Shown one piece after another: positions 56,281 to 64,000 of a stretch of 64,000 bases of DNA. A program made the position numbers and the translations under genes. Below the pieces are notes generated by a model. It worked only from the letters and a program-made list of their open reading frames with translations, did not search any database and was not told where the DNA came from. Source of the DNA: Acidimicrobiales bacterium (GTDB lineage Bacteria > Actinomycetota > Acidimicrobiia > Acidimicrobiales > DATDAH01); contig JBGAOY010000015.1 in assembly GCA_044221555.1 (NCBI GenBank), positions 1,721 through 65,720 of the forward strand, in the 5' to 3' direction. How positions within the stretch are numbered: the stretch's first letter is position 1; each line of letters starts with the position of its first letter.

Positions 56281-57441
56281 GTGCCGCCGATGACCGGGAA
56301 GCCGACGGCCGAGAAGCCGATGACCGCCGACGACATGAAGCGGGAGGCGAATCGGCTCATCGCATATCACGCCCCCATCTCTCAGCAGCTCACCGAGGAG
56401 CGCACGTCGCTCGAGTCGAAGCTCATCCCGGTGACGGCCTACATCGTCGTGGCGTGCGTCGAGGCGTGGTACCGCTACCCCGACATGATGCGTCGCATCG
56501 AGACGGCCATGGCCGCCGGCGACATCGGTCGGGCCGGGCGCCGCCCGGGCAGTCAGGTCAACACCGTGTACCTCTGGTCGATCGCCAACTTCTGGCTGCT
56601 CGGCCGCAAGGTGATGGCCATGGTCGACCCGGCGGCCACGAACGACCCGGAGCCCGCGTTCACCGTGCTCGACTTCTGGGAGCGGGCGGCGATGGCCTTC
56701 CGGGGTGACGACGGCACTCGCCAGGCCCACGACGCCGGCGGCGTGGTGCGGCCCTACGACGACGCGGTCCTGGCCACGCTGCTCGACGGCGCCGGCCCGG
56801 TGGACGACGAGCGCCGTGGCACGATCAAGCGGCTCAACGCCACCCTCATCAACTACCTGTTCCTGCTGTACTTCGACACCCGGGTGGGCTCGGGCGACAC
56901 CGGGCCCTACCCCCTTCCCGACGGCCGCACCCTCGTCGTCCGGGACTACTACCGGATGGGCCACAGCGACTTCTGGTGGTCCGACGTGGCCGCCGCCGTC
57001 CCGTACCAGAACCTCACCGCGGCGCTCGTGCTCGACGACGTGGCGGTGAAGATCACCGACTTCGGCACCGCCAACACGACACCCGAGGACTACCTCGACC
57101 GCCTCGTGCGCTTCGGCCTGTTCACCACGGACGGCAGCGACGACGGCTCGCTGCGGCCCGTGCCCGACGACGACATCCCCGGCATCCTCGCCGAGGTGCG
57201 CACGGCCCAGGCCCAGCACTACCGAAACATCGCGGCCATGACGCGTGACGAGAAGATCGCCTGCGGCGCCTACGTGTACTTCTCGTTCCTCAAGCCCTTC
57301 GCCGACGCCGCTGGTGTGGGCGATCAGCTCGACTGGACCGTCCCCCGCGACATCCCCGACCCGCTCTACCAGTTGTTGTCGGCCATGGAGGGCGAGAACG
57401 CCGGCGTGGGCGACGAGGAGTACTACTCGCCCCTCACCTGA
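56281..57441 (+). CDS. Hypothetical soluble protein, about 380 aa (start may be 56290 or 56320)
   Basis: Typical codon usage; no family recognised; co-oriented after swivel domain. Confidence 0.8.
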   Translation: MPPMTGKPTAEKPMTADDMKREANRLIAYHAPISQQLTEERTSLESKLIPVTAYIVVACVEAWYRYPDMMRRIETAMAAGDIGRAGRRPGSQVNTVYLWSIANFWLLGRKVMAMVDPAATNDPEPAFTVLDFWERAAMAFRGDDGTRQAHDAGGVVRPYDDAVLATLLDGAGPVDDERRGTIKRLNATLINYLFLLYFDTRVGSGDTGPYPLPDGRTLVVRDYYRMGHSDFWWSDVAAAVPYQNLTAALVLDDVAVKITDFGTANTTPEDYLDRLVRFGLFTTDGSDDGSLRPVPDDDIPGILAEVRTAQAQHYRNIAAMTRDEKIACGAYVYFSFLKPFADAAGVGDQLDWTVPRDIPDPLYQLLSAMEGENAGVGDEEYYSPLT

Positions 57442-57611
57442 GGATCGGATGGGCCGCCGCAAGGTGCCGCGGCCTCGGCGCGGGGTGGCGCAGGCTCGCA
57501 CCAGAACGCCGCCTCGAGCTCGACCGTGGCGGTGAGGAGGTCGGCCTTCGGGTCACCGGGTGCGACGGGGTCGGGGTCCGTCGCCGGTGGTGGAGGGCCT
57601 ACGCTCCGGCG

Positions 57612-58583
57612 ATGGCCGACCTGACCGACGACCTGCTCACCGAACACCCTGCCAACGAGGGGCGCCACGTCCCCGACGACGAGCGCTACTGGAACGAGTC
57701 CTGGTACCTCGACTTCACGACGGACGACGGTCGGCTCGGCGGCTATGTCCGCACCGGGCTCTACCCGAACCTGGGGGTCTGCTGGTACTGGGCGTGCGTC
57801 GTCGGCGAGGGTCGTCCCCTCGTCACCCTCATCGACCACACCGTGCCCATCCCGGCGGCGCCGGCCCTCGCGGTCCGCAGCGACGGGCTGTGGACCGATT
57901 ACGTGGTCGAGACGCCGTGGCGCCACGTGTCGCTGGGGCTCGAGGGCTTCGGGGTCACGCTCGACGACCCCGCGGAAACCTACGGCCCGGGTGCTCCTGG
58001 CGACCTGCGGGGCGAGCGCACCGCGCTGGGTCTCGAGTTGGACTGGGAGACCGAGGGCGAGCCGTTCCCGTTCCCCTTCGGCATCACCCGCTACGAGGTG
58101 CCCTGCCGGGTGCACGGCGAGGTGCTGGTGGGCGACGAGCGCATCGAGTTCGAGGGGTCGGGCCAGCGCGACCACTCGTGGGGGGTGCGGGACTGGTGGG
58201 CGATGTCGCACAACTGGTCCGAGGGGGCACTCGACGACGGCACCCGCTTCCACGGCACGCACGCCCTGCCCGGATGGGGCGACTGGTCGATCGGCTACGT
58301 GCAGCCTCCCGGGGGCACCCCCCAGGGTGACTTCGGGATCTACCACACCGACACCGAGTTCGACGCCGACGGCCTGCCGCTCGGCGCGCACATGACCCTG
58401 CCGGATCTCGACCTGGCGGTGGAGGTGGTGGCCCATTCACCGGTGCTGCTGGTGTCCCCCGAGGGCGACGTGGCCCGGTTCCCGCGGTCGCTCGTGCGCT
58501 ACCGCGAGCAGGGCGGCGAGCGCCGGGGCGCGGGCTGGATCGAGTACGGGCAACCGCAGACGCAACCGCCGGCGGCCACCTGA
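57612..58583 (+). CDS. Hypothetical aromatic-rich beta protein (AttH/CrtC/tocopherol-cyclase-like fold suspected)
   Basis: YWNESWYLDF, RYEVPCRVHG, GQRDHSWGVRDW; TACGCT -10 6 nt before ATG. Confidence 0.6.
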   Translation: MADLTDDLLTEHPANEGRHVPDDERYWNESWYLDFTTDDGRLGGYVRTGLYPNLGVCWYWACVVGEGRPLVTLIDHTVPIPAAPALAVRSDGLWTDYVVETPWRHVSLGLEGFGVTLDDPAETYGPGAPGDLRGERTALGLELDWETEGEPFPFPFGITRYEVPCRVHGEVLVGDERIEFEGSGQRDHSWGVRDWWAMSHNWSEGALDDGTRFHGTHALPGWGDWSIGYVQPPGGTPQGDFGIYHTDTEFDADGLPLGAHMTLPDLDLAVEVVAHSPVLLVSPEGDVARFPRSLVRYREQGGERRGAGWIEYGQPQTQPPAAT

Positions 58584-58680
58584 CGGCCGATCGGCGCCGG
58601 GTCATGGACGGGCGCTGGACGATGGCTGCCCGACGTGGTCGGCGCGCCGTGCCCGGACGGCTGGCGGCGCCGCTCGGCCG
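58584..58680. repeat. Long hairpin between convergent genes
   Basis: CGGCCGATCGGCGCCG pairs with CGGCGCCGCTCGGCCG (15/16). Confidence 0.65.
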
Positions 58681-58701
58681 CGTAGCCCGAACGGAGCGCG
58701 T

Positions 58702-59394
58702 TCAGTCGGTGGGAACCTCTTTGCCCTCGCCGAAGATCTCGGCTTCGTGCTCCTCGAGCTCCTCGGGCGATGGCGTCGGCTCGCGGCGGGCCTTGATCAC
58801 CTCGACGAGGATGGGCACGAGTGACAGGCCGACGATGGCCAGGATGGCCAACTCGAGATGGTCCTCCACCCACGGCACCCGGTTGCCCAGCACGTAGCCG
58901 AGCGTGGTGATGCCCACCGCCCACAGGAAGCCGCCGACCACGTTGTAGACCACGAAGGTGCGGTACTTCATCTTCCCGACGCCGGCCACGATCGGGGCGA
59001 ACGTGCGCACCACGGGGACGAAGCGGGCCAGCACGATGGTCTTCGAGCCGTGGCGGTCGAAGAAGCCCTGGGCCCGCTCGATGTACTCCTGTTTGAAGAT
59101 GCGCGAGTCGGGCCGGCGGAACAACGCCGGGCCCACCTTGTTGCCGAACAGGTAGCCCACCTGGTCGCCCGCCACCGCGGCCACCCAGCAGCCGATCAGC
59201 AGGACCGGCAAGGGGGCCAGGCGGCCCTGCGACGACAGCAGGCCGGCGGTGAACAGGAGCGAGTCGCCGGGGAGGAAGAAGCCGAAGAACAGGCCCGACT
59301 CGGCGAAGACGATGAGGAACAGGCCGATGGCCCCCGCCACATCGAGGATGTGCTCGGGGTCGAGGCTGCTCGCGGCGATCACGGTGGAGAGCAT
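58702..59394 (-). CDS. DedA/VTT-family membrane protein
   Basis: FAESGLFFGFFLPGDSLLFTAG, GDQVGY, ARFVPVVRTF. Confidence 0.93.
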   Translation of the reverse strand: MLSTVIAASSLDPEHILDVAGAIGLFLIVFAESGLFFGFFLPGDSLLFTAGLLSSQGRLAPLPVLLIGCWVAAVAGDQVGYLFGNKVGPALFRRPDSRIFKQEYIERAQGFFDRHGSKTIVLARFVPVVRTFAPIVAGVGKMKYRTFVVYNVVGGFLWAVGITTLGYVLGNRVPWVEDHLELAILAIVGLSLVPILVEVIKARREPTPSPEELEEHEAEIFGEGKEVPTD

Positions 59395-59436
59395 GTCAGG
59401 TCAGTCCTCGTGGTGATCGCCGCGGCAGCCCCGGCC

Positions 59437-61824
<2,388 letters not shown>

Positions 61825-62158
61825 CGTGTTTCCTTTGGTCGCAGGCAGCCCTGTGCCACCTGTGGGACATGGGGGTGGGCGCGGGGGTCTGTTCAGACCG
61901 CCGTCATGCCGCAAAGAGGATGGCCGACGGGGCCCGCCCGAGGCCAATTCACGAGCGCACGAGCGTCGGCCGATGTGTCGCAGAGAGACACGGTGGGCCG
62001 GGTGGGGGTTCTGCGGGGGAAGTGCGGAGCGGGCGGTCCTGGCCGGCTCGGGCGGTCCGGAGCGGTGTGCCCCAGGGTTCGGACGGCCCGCAGCCGAGGG
62101 TCTGGCGCCCATGTAGCCTCGCTCGGACGTCCGGGGAAACGACGGGGAGGCAGAACGA

Positions 62159-64000
62159 ATGGCGGAGGACGCAGTGCTCAGGTGCGAGAACGGGCACCCG
62201 AACGAGCCGGGGGCGGTGTTCTGCGGGCAGTGTGGCGCCCCGCTCGTGGCGGCGACGGCCACGCCCACGGGTGGCGCGAGCGAGCCTGAGGCGTCGCCCC
62301 CGACCGCCGACCAGGGCGCCGCGGACAGCCCGCCGGCCTCCGCAGACAGCGCGCCTGGTGCTGCGGGCAACGAGCCTCGGGCCGCGGACAACGAGTTGGG
62401 CATCCCCGGCCTGACCCGGGTCGAGCCCTTGGCCCGTGGCGGTCAGGGCACGGTCTACCGGGCCTACGACCCCGAGCACGACCGGCAGGTCGCCGTGAAG
62501 GTGCTGCAGGGCGTGTTCGACGACGAGTCGAAGGCGCGCTTCAACCGCGAGCGCCGGGCCATGGGCTCGGTGTCGACCCACCCGGGGATCGTGACGATCT
62601 ACAACTCGGGATTCACCTCCGCAGGGCTCCCCTACGTCGTGATGGAGTACATGGAGGGCGGCAGTCTCGCGGACTCCCTCGTCGCCAACGGCCCGATGGT
62701 GTGGACCGACGTGCTCGAGATCGGGGCCAAGGTCGCTGACGCGCTCGAGACCACCCACCGCGCCGGTGTGATCCACGGCGACGTGAAGCCCGAGAACCTC
62801 CTCGTCTCGGCCTACGGCGAGACGAAGCTCACCGACTTCGGGGTGGCGTCGCTCACCGCCGCGACCACCACCGGTGGTAGCTCGAAGGTGGGGATGACCG
62901 TCGACCACGCACCGCCCGAGGTGCTGAGCGGCGCGCGGCCCACCGAGTCGGCGGACATCTACGCCCTCGGTTCGACGCTGTTCACCATGATCGCCAACCG
63001 CGTCCCGTTCCGGCTGCCGGGCGACGGCACCCTCGCAGCATCGATCAGTCGCTCGCTCACCGAGTCCGTCCCGGATCTGCGCAACAACGGGATCCCGGCG
63101 CCGGTCTGCGCGGTCATCGAGCAGGCCATGGCCAAGAACCCGGCCGAACGCTTCGGGAGCGCGGCGGCGATGGGCGCCGCGCTCACCCAGGTGCTCGGCC
63201 AGGAGGGCCGGTACGGCGCCACGATCATCACCGGCCAGGCGCCGCCGCCCGTGCCGACCTCGCCGACCGCACCTCCGCCGGTGGTCGAGCCGACCCCGCC
63301 GCCCACGCCGCCGTCGAAGCGGGGGCGCCGCATCGCCGTCGCGGTCGGCGTCGTGCTCCTCCTCATCGCCGGCGCGGCCGGCGCCGCCCTGGTGCTCGGG
63401 GGCGGCGACGACGGCGCTGATCAGGCGGCCGACGCGGAACCTGCCGTCACGACCTCGTCGTCGACGAGCACCACCTCGTCGACCACCACCACGACGGCCC
63501 CGACCACGACCTCCGAGGCCACCACGACCACCGAGGGCGGTGGCGGCGGCGGTGGCGGCGGCGATGCCGTGTTCCTCGTGGACGAGCAGCCGGTGGCGCT
63601 GGCGCTGCTCGATGTCGCCGGCGAGCGCGAGGAGCGCCTCGACGACGACGGCGCCCCGCTCTGCTGCCTCGAGGCGGGCCCCCAGGACCTGAGCGGCACC
63701 ACCTACGACGACAGCCTCACCGCCGAGCTGCAGAGCTGCTTCGGTCCACAGCTGTCGATCGAGTACGACCTCGGCCGTGACTTCAACCGATTCCGTGCGG
63801 TGGTGGGCCTGAGCGACGACTCGAATTCGTCCGGCTCGGTCCGGTTCGAGACCATCGTGGACGGCGAACGGGTGGACGACCGGCGGCTGAGCCTGGGTGA
63901 TTCGCAGCTCGTGGACGTGTCGGTGGCCGACGGCCTGCGGCTGGAGCTCCTCATGACGTTCCCAGACACCAGCGGTGGCGGCTGCGAGGAACCCACGCTC
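62159..64000 (+). CDS. Hanks-type Ser/Thr kinase with N-terminal zinc ribbon, TM and NPCBM-like extracellular domain (runs off window edge; not in ORF track)
   Basis: Manual translation: CENGH...FCGQCG; LARGGQGTVY, VAVKVL, IHGDVKPEN, DFG, APPE; TM IAVAVGVVLLLIAG; Thr-rich linker; YDLGRDFNRFRAVVGLSDD. Confidence 0.9.
   Translation, partial: MAEDAVLRCENGHPNEPGAVFCGQCGAPLVAATATPTGGASEPEASPPTADQGAADSPPASADSAPGAAGNEPRAADNELGIPGLTRVEPLARGGQGTVYRAYDPEHDRQVAVKVLQGVFDDESKARFNRERRAMGSVSTHPGIVTIYNSGFTSAGLPYVVMEYMEGGSLADSLVANGPMVWTDVLEIGAKVADALETTHRAGVIHGDVKPENLLVSAYGETKLTDFGVASLTAATTTGGSSKVGMTVDHAPPEVLSGARPTESADIYALGSTLFTMIANRVPFRLPGDGTLAASISRSLTESVPDLRNNGIPAPVCAVIEQAMAKNPAERFGSAAAMGAALTQVLGQEGRYGATIITGQAPPPVPTSPTAPPPVVEPTPPPTPPSKRGRRIAVAVGVVLLLIAGAAGAALVLGGGDDGADQAADAEPAVTTSSSTSTTSSTTTTTAPTTTSEATTTTEGGGGGGGGGDAVFLVDEQPVALALLDVAGEREERLDDDGAPLCCLEAGPQDLSGTTYDDSLTAELQSCFGPQLSIEYDLGRDFNRFRAVVGLSDDSNSSGSVRFETIVDGERVDDRRLSLGDSQLVDVSVADGLRLELLMTFPDTSGGGCEEPTL

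Noticed and set aside
57442-57611. Structured ncRNA (ccGCAAgg and ccTTCGgg tetraloops) or TenA-like remnant (ELEAAFW on minus strand)
   Set aside because: Stems are only 3-4 bp, no start codon for the peptide; not distinguishable from chance without covariation data

Overview
High-GC actinobacterial chromosomal window (Acidimicrobiia-like by inference). A conserved housekeeping backbone (guaB3-guaA ... pcrA ... B12-binding domain-sucC-sucD ... purN-purH-folD-metF ... mdh ... hppA) is interrupted by accessory blocks. (1) A divergent locus at 23.7-30.8 kb encodes two SipW-type signal peptidases, two TasA/CalY-like proteins, a signal peptidase fused to its own SipW-type substrate/adhesin, and a GAF-GGDEF-EAL protein: a candidate c-di-GMP-linked TasA-type fibre system. 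(2) A tatA/tatBC cluster sits beside two Tat-signal ferritin-like proteins, and all three transcription units carry the same TC(A/G)TCC-N16-CCG(T/G)A ECF-type promoter motif. (3) A surface-glycan island at 35.4-44.1 kb has two GT-C-like proteins, GT2, an epimerase, a split transketolase, a TIGR03032-like protein and a divergent sulfotransferase-like protein. (4) Two SxtJ-like/SGNH fusions lie next to a GT-C. (5) A stand-alone phosphohistidine swivel domain is paired with an unknown 386-aa protein. Also present: a Rieske-like protein lacking Fe-S ligands, mini-ORF stop/start chains, many leaderless starts, MITE/REP-like palindromes and a partial Ser/Thr kinase. No tRNA, rRNA, CRISPR array or transposase was recognised. 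All family calls come from motif reading, not database searches.
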